Assembly (NCBI GenBank): GCA_964016885.1
Contig: OZ024741.1
Location: 114,762,001-114,826,000 of the forward strand
Origin: Eledone cirrhosa
Taxonomy: Eukaryota
Length of the DNA: 64,000 bases
Direction: 5' to 3'
This document shows positions 39,096-53,600 of the stretch, one piece after another. Position 1 is the first letter of the stretch; each line of letters starts with the position of its first letter. The notes under the pieces were generated by a model. The model did not search any database, had not been told where the DNA came from, and saw nothing but the letters and a program-made list of their open reading frames with translations. A program made the translations under genes and the position numbers.

Positions 39096-42000
39096 AATCA
39101 GTGTAAATCCACCACAGGTGTTTGTCCGGTGCCTTGTTACAATAAAGAAAATATAATTATTAATGTTGATGTAAAGTGTGGTGTGGTCATGCGCGGAGAT
39201 GCTATAAAATAACTTATAATATAGAGTGAAGACCCTAAAAGATGGAGAAAAAATTTGCCATCGGTCGCTATGAAGAATCAAACCTGGGAGATACAAGGTT
39301 CGATTTCTTGTAACGGCCGATAGCAACTTCTTTTTCCGCCTCTAGGTGTCTCCGCCCTATTTTATAAGCTATTTCATAGCATCTCCACGCTTCGTAAAAA
39401 TCCAAGAGATCGGCTACATATATACGATAATTATTAATATTATTGTTGATGAGTAGGGCGCTGAATTGGCAGTATCGGTGAAGCGTCGGACATTTTTTAC
39501 GGCATATAGTTACGGCCCTTTAGGGGGTTAGCTTTGTCTTTCATCCTTATGGGATCAATAAAATAAAGTACCAGTAACGCACTAGGGTCGATTTAATCTA
39601 CTTTCCCCTCCCACCAAATTGTTGGCTTTGTGCCTTAATCAGAAATCATTATTGCTGATGTGTAAGTCCTGTTTTCGAAAACGCTCCGTAGAATTAATAA
39701 TTTTTGTTGTTGACAATCAACATTAAAATCATTGATTTCTTTTTTTCTTTTTAGAACGTGTTGCTCTGTCTTATTTCAGAATCGACCAATGGCCTTACTC
39801 TGGTCATTTAATTTTTTCGACCTATATTGAAGTTTTCGCTTTTTCGCTTTTTCAAAATTTCAAAATTCCTGTTTACAAAAAATGTTCATTTTAATACAGT
39901 AACGCTTGACCAATCAACGACAAAAAGAAATGAGCCGAATGTCAGATCAGACCAATGAATTTGTTTCTGTTTGGCCTTTCCATGCTGGTTGCTACTCTTG
40001 CCAGAGAGATGCTGGATTTGAACTCAGAACACACAGAGCCGCATCATGCACCGTAAAACATTCATTCCAGCTCTTTAACAATTTCACCAATCCTCCACCC
40101 GAGAACTGATACTTTATTTATCCACTCCCCCCAAAGAATGAAAGACACAGTTGAACTCTGCGGGAATTGAACTCAGGGCTCAAAGAGCCGGAACAAATAT
40201 CGAGGTATTTAATCTGACACTCTAACAACTGTTCACCGTGACAAAGGAGACTGAAATAAAAGCAAACAGTAAAAGACGGGTGGAGTAGAAAAGCGTGAGG
40301 ATAATGCGGCAAATTGGCAGAGTCGAATTAAAAATACCTCAGTATTTTTTACGGTTCACTGCGCTCTGCGTTCGAAACTCGTCCAGGTTAACTTTGCCTT
40401 TGATCATTTCGAGGTCAATAAATGAAATACCAGCCCAGTCGATTCTTCCTTTTTCTTGGAAAAATCGGCTGTGTTGCGAAGATGCGCTCCATTCGGTTTA
40501 AAATGCCCAAGCCTCTCCGTTTGTCCTGACGGTACCCCTACAATTCCACGAGGAATTAAGGGCACTTTAACTATATCTTACCTTCCATGAAGTGATAGAA
40601 AGGAAGGAAAGAATGCTATTTTTTCTCTCTGACTACATAGGGAAGAAGAGAAGAGGAACTGTTGCAGAGGGAGAAAATGAAGCATAACAGCTGTATAGTG
40701 AGAGACTAGCCGAACAAGAGTTATCTCAGATCAAATGCATATAGGTTTCATCAGCCATTCCATCTGAGTTTTCATCCACGTTGGCATAATTTTCATACAC
40801 ACAGATTTACTTTCATCTAGAGTATTTGTGGAAAATCTAATTGTCCAGCTTGTGAATTTAACCTTTCTTGTTAGCATAATCGCTATAACAGTTGACAAAT
40901 AACATATTTATCGACATCAATTTTAGTTTTGTGAAATAATAATTAGAATTACTAACGGTGATGGAATATTAAGTGTTTTAATTCGATTATACAATATTGC
41001 AAGAGTGTTAATAACATATTCGGTCTTGTAATCACTGCAACTAGTCCCTAGGATAAAACTTGCAAATAATATTTGGTACCGGTGGGACACAAAAATATCC
41101 ATGCATTTTCTGCAGATGATGGAAAAACTAAATCGACAAAAGAACCCCCCCCCACTCCGCCTCCCATGAGTTAAAAACAAAACAAACACAAGTATTGGAT
41201 ATGTGGTTAAAGAGTTCGCTTTGCAGCCATATAGTTTAGCTTTCAGTCCCACTGAGCGGAATGTTGGGCAAGTGCCTTCTACTATGACCTCGGGTCAAAC
41301 GATAACCTATAAGTGAAATTTGGTAGACAAAAACTGCAAGCAGATTGCATACACACACATACATATATATATATATATAAATTTGAAGGACAAGGGAAAG
41401 TCGATCAAATTGACTCCAGTGTATTATTGCTACTTCATATTATCAACCTCGTAAAGATGAAAGGCAAAACTAATCTCACATGGATTTGAACTCAGAACGT
41501 AAAAGGTCGTAACTAAATTTCGCAAACCCTGTTGTACGACGATCTATTGATACTGCTAAATCACCTCCCTCAGCTATCAAGAAATAATTGTTTCTACTTT
41601 TGGCACAAGGCCAGCATTTTAACCAGTACATTACTGATACTATCAAGAAATAATGAAATGTAATATTTACCATCTTCAATGCCACTTACACCAGCACTAT
41701 CACTACCACCACCGGCACCACTACCAGCAACATCAAGTGCAGCAGATTTTGCATTAACTCGAGAAATTTTAGTATTATAAGAATAATTTGGCAAGAGTTC
41801 ATTCATTAAAGTACTACCTACTACTTCCGTTTCTATATATCGTTTCTGAAGTAATATGTCGTTGTCTTATGTCAAATATTTTTTACAAACATTGATAACC
41901 AATACAAAACGAATCCCCACTGAAACATCTTATCAGCCGAGTAAGCCAAAATTATCATTATTTTATTTATAATCAACACTTTCTCTATTTGTATAACATA

Positions 42001-42429
42001 GCCAATAACAAAAAGGTGGAGTAAATTTTGCGAACAAATGAAGTGTATAAGATTTTAATTACTAAAGTCATATCTCTCTCTCCTTATGTTATTATCAAAG
42101 ACTATAAAACAAACGAAATATACACACGTCCCTGAAGATTACGAATCCGATTAATGTCACTTTGATGAGTTTTTTTTTCATACAAAATATCGAATTTAGT
42201 ACTTAATGTGGCAGAAAATTATCTGGTATAGCTTTCATTAGATTTCAGTTATCGGTATTGCGCCGTTAGGATATCGCATAGAATGGTTTGCGGTATTCGT
42301 TCTGCCTCACTGCGCTTTCTAAGTTTAAACACCACAGAGCTCAACTTAGACTTTCATCCTTTCGAGGTTGATAGAAAAAGTACTGGGGTCGATTCTTACT
42401 CTATATCTCTTTCTCACATCCTCGCTTTC

Positions 42430-42870
42430 TTTCTTTCTTCTTCTTCTTCGCTTACTTATTCCTGAGAGGGTCGTGTGTGTGTGGGGGGGGGGGGGAGAGT
42501 CCTCAAACAATCCTCCTAGTGGGTCCCGTCACAAGCAACTGTCTCCAAAGAATCCGGCTGGATCGCCAAGCGTGACCAGCCAAGCTCATGGATGTTATTC
42601 AACCACCTTACTCGAGGTCTACCCCTGAGTCTCCTGTCGGTTGGTTTTGCCCGGCCATAGTATCGGAGCTGTGATCTCTCAATTCAGAGACGTAGCGGAT
42701 CTACCTGAAGTGACCCTTCGGAAAAAAACCCATTTCGGCCGCTTGTATTCGCGATCGTATTCTTTCGGTCATTACCCAAGATTCATGACCATAGGTAAGG
42801 GTTGGCACGAATACCGAATTGAAGATAGCGAGTTTAGCTTTTATACCTACCTCCCTTCTCATTACCGGTG
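42430..42870 (-). mobile_element. Internally deleted RTE (Expander-like) 3' fragment
   Basis: PTLTYGHESWVMTERIRSRIQAAEMGF; 3' end and (GAA) tail match 16270-16583. Confidence 0.75.
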
Positions 42871-43292
42871 CTTCGCAGCATAAAGTTACAACAATTTATG
42901 TTCTGAGTTCAAATCCCACCGAGGTTAGCTTTGACTTTCATCCTTACGGGATCAATAAAATAAAACCCATGTAACGCCTTGGGATCGATTTAAATTGCTG
43001 GCCTTGTGCCAAAAGTAGTAACAATTGTTATGGTATAAGTATTACATAGGGATATTAGCAGGATTAAATGTAACTGTGTTGCTTCAATCCCGTTTTGGTT
43101 ACATAAACCTATTTCTTGGTTAATCTAATGAAATACTAAGAAAATTGAGAACACAAGCACAAGCAAGACTAAGTAATTTCAGGTTCAGTTCTACTGGGTT
43201 GCACTTTAGTCAGGAGATTTCTACAATAGCTTCTGAATGTCCATTGCGTTGTGAGTGAAATTTGGGAGGCAGAAACTGTGCGAATGCCAGTC

Positions 43293-43332
<40 letters not shown>

Positions 43333-43342
43333 TTATTATTAT

Positions 43343-43400
<58 letters not shown>

Positions 43401-44639
43401 ATGTGTGTGACTATCTGTATTTACGCTTACTGTCTGTTTACGTCCTGTAACATAGCTTTTCGACAAAAAGAATTCGATGAAAAAAGTATCAGTCATGAAA
43501 CATAGCAACTGAGGTCGATATGATCGACGACTAAATCCTTTCAATGCAGTGCTCCACAATGGCTGCAGTCTTATCACCAATTCAAGTAAAAGAATAAAGA
43601 AATGTATTATGTGTAATATATGACAGCTATATGTAGAGCGTGAGTTGTGGCTTTCGAACCATAGCTACCGTCATTATAGTGAGAATTGTTATCTTCTCTT
43701 TATCAAGCGTGATGTATGTATAGTTGAATTGTAGACGCACCGTACAGCTTGCCTTGCTTAATTTAAACCTGGTGGAACCAATCATCTTTCCAGCTCTGAA
43801 CACAGCCAATTTTCCAAAGAAAAAGAAACTTCTTTAACTGATACGGTACTCTAAAAGTATGTAGATTAAAGTAGTTTTATGAAGATCTAATATCTATGTA
43901 TGCTACAAGGCTTTTTAAAGAATCTTTACAAGTATTCAAATAGTTCGAAAAATGTCATTTTACAATGATATTTCTATAACCTCGACCCCGTAAGGATGAA
44001 AGAAGAAGACTCCATACGTTTTATAACAATAAATATATGTATGGACCCATAACTTTCGGTGTAAAATTCACATGTTCTGCACTAATCACTATGTTCTGAT
44101 CCTGTCTTGAACGAATACCGCAAACCATTCTAATCGACGTTCTAACGACTCTGTTAAATCGCCACCTAATAATAAATAGACACTTCCTTTCATTTTAATG
44201 TTTGTATTAAATCGACAGTCGAACGACTTTCGTCAAATCGGACCGAGGAAACAATGTTTTCATTGGTCTTTCCAATTGCTAATACTATCTATCGGTCGCA
44301 ACTCCAGGTAGAAGGAGCAATGTGAAATAAAGTGTCTTGCTCAAGGACATAATGCAGTACCCGGTCCGGGAATTGAACTCACAACCTCACGATTGTGAAT
44401 CCAATTCTCTAACTACCCAACCACGTGTCTTTGTATTAAATATGATTCAGTAAGGAGAGGAATGTTAGTATCCAAGATTGCTTTCACAAGAGGTTGCGAG
44501 ATATGTAGTAGAACAATTATCCTCAAACTGAAGGAGACATACGTTCAGAGTGGAATTCCGCTAAAGATATCCAAGGATATGTTGTAGTTAAACGTAGTGA
44601 CAAATCGCCAGCGATCTCTGATAACATCTTTTATCATAT

Positions 44640-45415
44640 GATAATGGTTTTTGATTTAGGCACAAGGTCAACAATTTTTGGGAGGAGGGAAAAGTAGCTT
44701 AAATTGACCCTAGTGTGTTACTGGTACTTTATTTTATCGACCCCGTAAGGATGAAAGGCAAAGCTAACCTCGGTGGGATTTGAACTTAGGACGTAAAGGG
44801 CCGTAACTATATTTTGCGAAGCATATTGTCCGACGCTCTACCGATATTGCCAATCCACTGGCCTTTTAACATTTTATGATGCTTTCTAATTTAGACACAA
44901 GGCAAACAAGTATTGGAGAGGGAAAAGTCGATTAAATTGACTCCAGTGCGTTACTTTAGTTTATTTTATTGATTCGGTAAGGATGAAAGGCAAAGCTAAC
45001 CTCGGCAGGATTTGAACTCAGAACGCAAATGCCGTAGCTCTATGCCGCAACCCTACCAATACTGCCAATTCACTGCCCTCTTTTACCATATGATAACGAT
45101 AGTGAACAACTAGGAATTAGCTCAATCATTAGAAAGTCGGATAAAATGCTTCGTGGTATGCGTTCCAGCTCTGCGTTCAAATTCAGCCGAATATAACTTT
45201 CGTGATCCATAAATGAAGTTCCGGTCCAGTACCAGAGGCGATTCTCCATCCATACTCTCTTCCTAACCTCTTCTCTATCACTCTCTCTCCTATAGAAAAA
45301 GAAAAACAGTTTGTTTAGACCTGGAAAGGGATGTACTCAGCCAGGTTTGAAATGCTCAAGACAAACTGTATATCATGACCGCACGCGTATGACTCAATTC
45401 TGAGTTAAAGGTTCA
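44640..45415. mobile_element. Cluster of three SINE copies (two minus, one plus)
   Basis: Family core and B-box motifs. Confidence 0.75.
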
Positions 45416-46070
45416 TGGTATGGAAACGATAGATACATTCATACTTATTCAATTATACACTAATTTTGACTAAAAATACCGAAAATCCTGTAGCGTTCTG
45501 AAGATTCTATCAATATGATAATCATTATTCTTCTCATTCTATTTCACATCTGCACATCACAGGAATTACAATGAACAGTCTTGGAGATGAGTGCCAAAAC
45601 CAGAAACATAAAAGAAATAATTACTTTTATCAATTTACTAAGTTGGTGTTTACTAATTTATTATTCTTTTTGGTGCCTCATTGGAGATTTCCACAACGGA
45701 GTTATGTTCCTAGACTTACACGCAAAAAGAAACAATCACAAACACACACCACACATACACACTCACGCACGCACACATACACACACCACACTCACACAGG
45801 CCACACGCACACACAAACACATACACACATAAACATTATTTTCTAATGATTTTATAGTGGTTTTAATAGCTAGACTTCAGGCATACAGGGGTAAAGCTTT
45901 CAAAGGCTTTAGTTAACCATATCGTCTCCAGAATATAGATCAGTCTGTTACTATATCTATCTTTATTTATCGAACAGCTAAATTACAGGACAGAAATAGA
46001 CGCAAACGAAGACTCATAAACATACATTATATACATACACATGCACATCCTTCTCTCATTCTCTCTCTCT

Positions 46071-46110
<40 letters not shown>

Positions 46111-46111
46111 G

Positions 46112-46143
<32 letters not shown>

Positions 46144-47562
46144 TGTATGTATGTTTTAATTATTTTTTGTATTCTGAAACATCAAAATACAACAATTTGT
46201 TGGTCACTGAACTCGGGAATGTCACGACAGAAGTTTGTGGAAGTTACACAAATATTTTAGTATATTTTAGCAGAGCAATCCTTATTTATATTTTACATTT
46301 TACATTTACTTACATCTCAATATAACATGGCTAAAATTCAAATTTTGCAAAGAGAAGAAAACGATCAAATGAACTAGATATTATCTCACTGTCCCCCACC
46401 ACCACAATAACGTCTACACTCTCTCCCCACCATCACATGTCATTACTCTATCTAGACTAAAGTCATCGACCTGTTGTCAAACTCTCTACTCTCTGTTGAA
46501 TGTGTATATATATATATGTATGTATATGTGTGTATATACATCACTCAGTCAAACGACCAGATTTCAACCCCAACAACTACAACAACAACACCGGCACTAA
46601 TGTTTACAGCAACAACAGCTTCAGAATGAACTGAAATGAACATTTACAACAACAACAGCGGCATCAAAAGATAAAAAAAAAAACAAAACAAAAAAAAACT
46701 CAAAATAACAAAACACACACACACACACGCACACAACAACAACAACATCAACTGCCACCACCACCACCACCACCGCCGCATTCACCATCACCAGCGACTG
46801 GGCCTTAAGAAAACAACTTTAATAATAATTTTTCTGCTTTTGGCACGGATCCAGCGACTGGGCCAGGGCATCACTGGTACTCTCTTTGTTGACTCCGTGG
46901 GGATGAAAGGCAAGGTTGACGTCGGCGGGATTTAAGCTCAGAGCGTGGAGAGCCATAACTCTATGCTGTAAAGCAATTATAATAATACTGGACTGTAATA
47001 CGATCGGCTTCAACTATACAAACTCTTGAAAGTTAACAGTTGACATAATCTTGTAATCTTGTATCAGTAATGACGGTAATATATATATATATATATATGT
47101 GTATGTGTAGGTGAGTAGCGTGTGTGTGTTTGTTTGTATGTATGAGTGTTGCTGTGTGCGCGCGTATGTATGCGTGTGCGTGCGCGCATATATATGCGCG
47201 TGTGTGTATATCATACGTATAAGTGTCAATAAGTTAGTTTTTTTTTTTTTTTTTGCGCGCGGGGACATAGAAATAATCGGGCTGGATGCCCGATCGCGCA
47301 GTTAAACCACTGGGAGTGAAGAACCCCTAGCCCTTGTCAGGGCATTCTTCTAGGAGACGGCATCTCAGGAAACTGGGTTAACTCCGATATAAAACCTGTG
47401 GCTCAGTAGTTACCGATGATGTTGATCTTTTCTTCTTTTCGGGTTATAGCTACTGTCGCTCAGAGAGTGGGATTGGCACAGTGCACAGTCTTTCCTCACT
47501 TTAAAAATATTCGTCACGCCCAGGCATTGCACGAGTGCATTAATAATTATTAATAGTGTACC

Positions 47563-47745
47563 ATTTGGCAGTATCGGTAGAGGGTCGGACGCCATGCTTT
47601 GACGCAGAGAGTTACGGCCCTTGCCATTCTGAGTTCAAATCCCGCCGAGGTTGACTTTGCCTTTCATCCTTACGGGGTCGATAAAATAAAGTACCAGTAA
47701 TGCACTGGGTAATTGCTGGCCTTGTGCCTAAAGTAGAAACAATTA
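47563..47745 (+). mobile_element. Young SINE copy with (ATT)n tail
   Basis: Near-identical to the reverse complement of 17728-17912. Confidence 0.85.
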
Positions 47746-47769
47746 TTATTATTATTATTATTATTATTG

Positions 47770-48271
47770 TTGTTATTCCTTGAATATCAGTCATTGATGT
47801 TGGTTAACTGGAAAGTCCGTTGGAATGAATATCAAGCCACTACCTGCAGCCTCAGATATTCAGGACGTATCGGAGGGTTCTTGCTGTTCCAATCTAGCAT
47901 GCCTTTTGAAGCGTTCCAAAAAGCGTGAAGGGGCCGATTTTCTTTAACCATCCCTGGAAACTTTTGGAGATAGTCCCCAGTGCGCCTATGACAATCGGGA
48001 TCACTTTGACTTCATGGCAGTTCCAAATCCTTTTCACCTCCCACTTTAGGTCCTGGTATCGGTTAATTTTCTCCCTCTCCTTCTCTTGCACTCTCGTGTC
48101 GAAAGGGCAGGCCACATCCACAATCAGACACGATCTTTTTTCTTTGTCCACAACCACCAGGTCAGGTCTATTGTGTTCCAGTTTTTGTCCGTCTGTATCC
48201 TAAAATCCCACAGCACCTTCACCTGATTGTTCTCCATCACCGCCTCTGGCCTATGCTCATACCATTTCTCT
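47770..48271 (-). mobile_element. Second, heavily 5'-truncated copy of the R4/Dong-like LINE
   Basis: Near-identical to 48297-48797; flanked by (ATT)n. Confidence 0.9.
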
Positions 48272-48296
48272 ATTATTATTATTATTATTATTGTTA

Positions 48297-50568
48297 TTGT
48301 TATTCCTTGAATCTCAGTCATTGATGTTGGTTAACTGGAAAGTCCGTTGGATTGAATATCAAGCCAGTACCTGCAGCCTCAGATATTCAGGACGTATCGG
48401 AGGGTTCTTGCTGTTCCAAGCAAGCATGCCTTTTGAAGCGTTCCAAAAAGCGTGAAGGGGCCGATTTTCTTTAACCATCCCTGGAAACTTTTGGAGATAG
48501 TCCCCAGTGCGCCTATGACAATCGGGATCACTTTGACTTCATGGCAGTTCCAAATCCTTTTCACCTCCCACTTTAGGTCCTGGTATCGGTTAATTTTCTC
48601 CCTCTCCTTCTCTTGCACTCTCGTGTCGAACGGGCAGGCCACATCCACAATCAGGCACGATCTTTTTTCTTTGTCCACAACCACCAGGTCAGGCCTATTG
48701 TGTTCCAGTTTTTTGTCCGTCTGTATCCTAAAATCCCACAGCACCTTCACCTGATTGTTCTCCATCACCGCCTCTGGCCTATGCTCATACCATTTCTCAG
48801 AATGTGGTAGATTGTTTACTTTGCACAGGTGCCAGTGGATCACCCTGCCCATCACATCGTGTCTCCAGCCCTTATAGTGGGTCTGGGCTAGGTGTTTACA
48901 CTCGGACACAATGTGAGCCACAGTCTCCTCTCTCTCTCCACAGATCCTGCACAGTGGGCTAGCCTCCTCCTTGTAGATATGGTGCTTCAACCACTTCGTT
49001 TTGAGGGCCTGCTCCTGCGCAGCCATTAGCATTCCTTCTGTAGCCTTTTTGAGGTCTCCTCTTCTCAACCAGTTCCATGTCTGTGGATCTCTAAATTCAG
49101 TTTTCTCAAAGAAGGTACTATGAAGGGATTTTCCCTTAAGGCTGCTCTTCCTCCTTGATGTTATTTCCTCCTTGGACATCCCCTGGCCTACTGTCCCCTC
49201 CTTCAGTACAGTTCTGAGCATTGGCTCCTTACTATAGGTCACGTATTTGTATAGGTTGTTTTTCTCCATCTGAACACAGTCCTCTATGCTGATAAGACCT
49301 CTTCCACCCTCAGATCTCCTTAGGTAGAGTCTATCGACATCACTCCTCTTGTGGAACATGTTGTAGATAGTCAATAGCTTCCTAGTCTTCCTATCCATTT
49401 CTTTTTGTTCAGCAACATTCCATCTCAGAATTCCCGCACTGTACCTAATAATAGACACAGCTCGGGAATTTACTGCGCTTATGGCATTTCTGCTGTTCAG
49501 ATGTGACTTCAATACGCTCCTTACTCTCCGAATGTATTCAGTTCTTAACAATTCCTTCATTTTTTTGTTCTTTATGCCATCAGCCTCCAGAACGCCCAAA
49601 TACTTGTATCCTTCCTCAGAGTCAATTTCCTTTATCATCTCACCTGTTGGTATCTGGATCCCGTTACTTCTGCTCAACCTACCCCTCTTCATCACAATGA
49701 CTCCACATTTACCAATACCAAACTGCATACATATATCACTGCTGAAAATACGGACAGTGTCAACAAGCACATCCAACTCCTTCTCACTTTTCCCGAAGAG
49801 CTTAAGATCGTCCATGAAGAGGAGGTGATTGATGGTAAGCTCTCCCCTTCCCAACTTGTATCCTGCTCTCACTTTTCGCAGCATAGTGGTCAAGGGCATC
49901 AGGGCAAGGACAAACAACAGAGGGGACAGGCTATCTCCCTGGAAGATACCTCTCTTGATCTTCACGCTTCCCAAGGATACTCCAGTTGATGTCAACTCTG
50001 TCTCCCAGGACCCCATACTCCTGCCTAGCAACTGTCTGATGTTATCTGCCACCCTGAAGATCTCCAGGCTTTTGGTGATCCAGGAATGAGGCACCATGTC
50101 AAATGCCTTTCTGTAGTCTATCCATCCCATGGCAAGATCAGTGTGTCTCCTCCTGCAATTCCCCATTACCATCTTATCAATAAGCAACTGGTCCTTTGTA
50201 CCACGTGACTTCTTTCAGCATCCTTTCTGTTCGTCCGGTAACAAGTTGTTTGTGTGGAGGTGATGGTAGATTTCCTCAGACACAATGCTCGTCAACAGTT
50301 TCCACATTACGGGCAGACATGTGATAGGTCTATAGTTGGTAACATCATTACCCTTGATTCGGTCTTTCATTATCAGAACTGTGGTACCTTTTGTCAACCA
50401 CTCTGGCACCTCACCCGACACCAAGCAGTCATTGAACATGGCCGTCAGCTTCGGGTGGAGGGATGTTAAATGTTTAATCCAATACCCCTGCACACCATCT
50501 GGGCCTGGTGATTTCCAGTTGGTTAGTTTTTTGGATTGCCCCTTAAGAGTTTCAACTGTGATACTCAA
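48297..50568 (-). mobile_element. R4/Dong-clade non-LTR retrotransposon (RT, CCHC knuckle, restriction-like endonuclease), 5'-truncated
   Basis: [48 protein letters not shown]-x-D...EK; one in-frame TGA at 50215-50217; (TAA)n at both ends. Confidence 0.92.
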
Positions 50569-50569
50569 G

Positions 50570-50604
<35 letters not shown>

Positions 50605-50631
50605 TATTATTAAATTTTTTTTTTTTTTTTT

Positions 50632-53600
50632 CCAATTCAATGATGTTCCAGAACAATATAAAAGAGATAATTGGCAATTTAGGTTCTGGAACAAAAAAGA
50701 TAATTGGCAATAAAGGCAGGGGCCCCAGGTTATCACAGCCTGGGCCCGCTCGTCATCGTGCCATTGTAATAGAGCCAAACAAGGCATTTAGTCTTGGCTG
50801 CTGGAACGTACGGACGCTGCTTGACAGGGATTCCTTGGAACGTCCTGAACGAAGGACCGCTCTTGTTGCAAAGGAGCTTCGACGTTACAATCTTGACATC
50901 GTGGCTTTATCTGAGACGAGGTTAGCTGGAGATGGTCATTTTACAGAATTTTGTGGAGAATATACATTCTTCTGGAAAGGAAGAGATGAAGGAACCAGAA
51001 GAGAGGCTGGGGTAGGATTTGCTGTTAAGACTGTACTTGTGAATAAATTAGAAGAATTCCCAGTAGGGTTTAGTGAGCGTCTTATGTCCATGAGAGTTCC
51101 GCTGGACAAAGGAAGATATGCGACCCTGGTGAGTGTGTATGCTCCAACTATGAATTCTGTACATGAAGAAAAAGTGTCCATTCTTTGAAAGGTGTTTTAA
51201 GAAATATCCCTCAGGCAGACAAAGTCATCGTGCTTGGTGACTTTAATGCTAGAGTGGGTAGGGATTTTAACACATGGAATGTAATCGGAAGGCATGGGGT
51301 GGGAAAGTGTAACAACAATGGTATGCTCCTGCTGCAGATGTGTGAGGAGCTGTATCTGTGTGTTACCAACACCATGTTCCAACAAAAGAACAAATTCAAG
51401 ACCACATGGGTGCATCCTGCATCTAAGGAATGGCATCTTTTGGACTACGTCCTAGTCAGGATGCGTGACAGACAGGATGTGCAGTGTGTTCGTGTTCTTC
51501 GTGGAGCTGAGTGCTGGACGGACCACCGCCTGGTACGCGCATAAGTGAAACTAATCACTAAACGTAAAATCCGGGCTCCTGGTGTTGCCCTGCCCAAAAG
51601 ATTGAATGCTGCTATTCTTAAGGATAAAAATGTGAAGAGGACATTGGAAGAAGAAATGCAGGCTGCAGATCTTGGTGAGGATTGGCCGACCCTTAAAAAG
51701 TCGGTTTATGATGTAGGCAGGCGTGTTCTGGGATTGGTGCAGAGGAAACATCAGGACTGGTTTAATGAGAATGATGTACATATAGAAGACTTGTTGGCTG
51801 ATAAGAGGCGTGCTCTGTCACGCTACTTGACTGCAAAACCACAGGAGAGGAATACGTTGCATGAGGAACTCAGGCATGTAAAATCACGTGTTAGGCGGAG
51901 TCTTTCTCAGATGAAGGATCAGTGGTGGAGTGAGAAGGCTGGTGAGATACAAACTGCGTCTGATTCCAATAACACAAAGCTGTTGTACAGTCTCTTGCGT
52001 GAGGTTTATGGACCGTCTTCTTCTCTGGTGACACCGCTTCGCAGCAAGGATGGCAACAAACTTCTTCGTGACTCACAAGGAATTTTACGAAGGTGGCGAG
52101 AGCACTTTGATGATCTTTTGAATCAGCCGTCTGTCGTCAGTGAAGATTTCCTCAATCTCATTCCAGAAAGTCCTGTGAAAGTAGCTCTCGCAGAACCTCC
52201 GACGCTTGTGGAGGTTGCAGTGGCTATTTCGAAGCTGAACAGTGGAAGATCTGCAGGTATGGATGGCATACATGCTGAGCTCCTACAATATGGTGGTGAG
52301 AGACTCCTGCAACATCTTCACTCTTTGTTTGGCAGGATATGGGCTAATGAATCCGTACCTGAGGACTGGAGAGATGCAGTAATGGTGGTCTTGTACAAGG
52401 GAAAGGGTAACAGGAATGATTGTGGGAACTACAGAGGTATATCATTGCTTTTTGTCGTAGGGAAAGTTTTATGTAGGGTGCTTCTGGATCGTCTGCTGAC
52501 ACACATTGCAGATTGTGTTGTTCCTGAAAGTCAGCTTGGGTTAATGTCGGAGGAAACATGTCGGAGCCTATCTCAGTAAAAAATGGAGTGAAACAGGGGG
52601 ATATTCCAGCACCGACCCTGTTTGCCATATACTTTCCAATGGTTTTCTGTATTGCATTCAGGAATTGCGAGCATGGTGTTTACATCCGATATCGAACCTC
52701 AGGCAGCATATTTAACATCAGGCGCTTTGCTGCGAAGACAAAAGTGTTTACATCAATCATAAGAGACCTCTTGTATGCAGGTGATTGCGATCTTGTAGCG
52801 CACAGTGAGATTGATATGCAGCACATTTTGAATGCATTTTCTGACGCTTGCACTGCCCTAGGTTTGACTGTTAGTCTCAAGAAAACCGCCGTCATGTACC
52901 AACCTGCCCCTGGTAAGCAGTACACTGAACCAAACATCTATGTGTATGGCAAACGACTTGGAGTGGTTGATCAGTTTGTCTACCTGGGAAGCACTGTCAA
53001 TCGATACAGCAACCTTGACAGTGAAATCTCACTTAGGATTAGGAAAGCAAGTGATGCTTTCGGAAAGCTAAAAAGGCGACTCTGGGGTCGGCGAGACATA
53101 TGCAGGAGGACAAAGGTAAAGGTGTACCGGGCATGTGTGCTCTCTTCTCTTCTTTATACCTGCGAGACCTGTGTCACATATCGACACCACGTTAAGCAAT
53201 TGGAGCGTTTCCATCAGATGTGTCTCAGACGGATCCATGGCGTTCACTGGAGGGACCACATCAGTGATGTCGAGATTTTGGAAAGCTCTATGTGTGACAG
53301 TATAGAAGCTCTTGTGCTTAAGCAACGACTCCGTTGGAGTGGTCACCTTGCCAGGATGAAGGATTCTAGAATACCAAAACAACTCTTTTATGGAGAGTTA
53401 GTTAAAGGAAAACGACCGCCACATAAACCAAAAAAGAGGTATAAGGATTCCTTGAAAGCCTCTCTGAAAGACGCTAACATCTCTGCTGATACATGGGAAA
53501 ATATTGCTGCTGATCGTAATAAATGGAGAAAGACTGTATATGAGGGAAAAGTTGCCTTTGAGGCATCTCGAATCGCATACGAGAAAGTAAAGCGGGATGT

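Noticed and set aside
42125-42170. CTGAAGA core match (also near 15532, 18266 and 45498)
   Set aside because: No downstream stem II-GAAA-UH arrangement
50215-50217. In-frame TGA as selenocysteine or readthrough
   Set aside because: Position follows QKGC, where Arg is usual; CGA-to-TGA decay is the simpler explanation
50632-50760. HDV-like or twister ribozyme at the RTE 5' end
   Set aside because: Only simple hairpins are visible; no pseudoknot consensus found by eye
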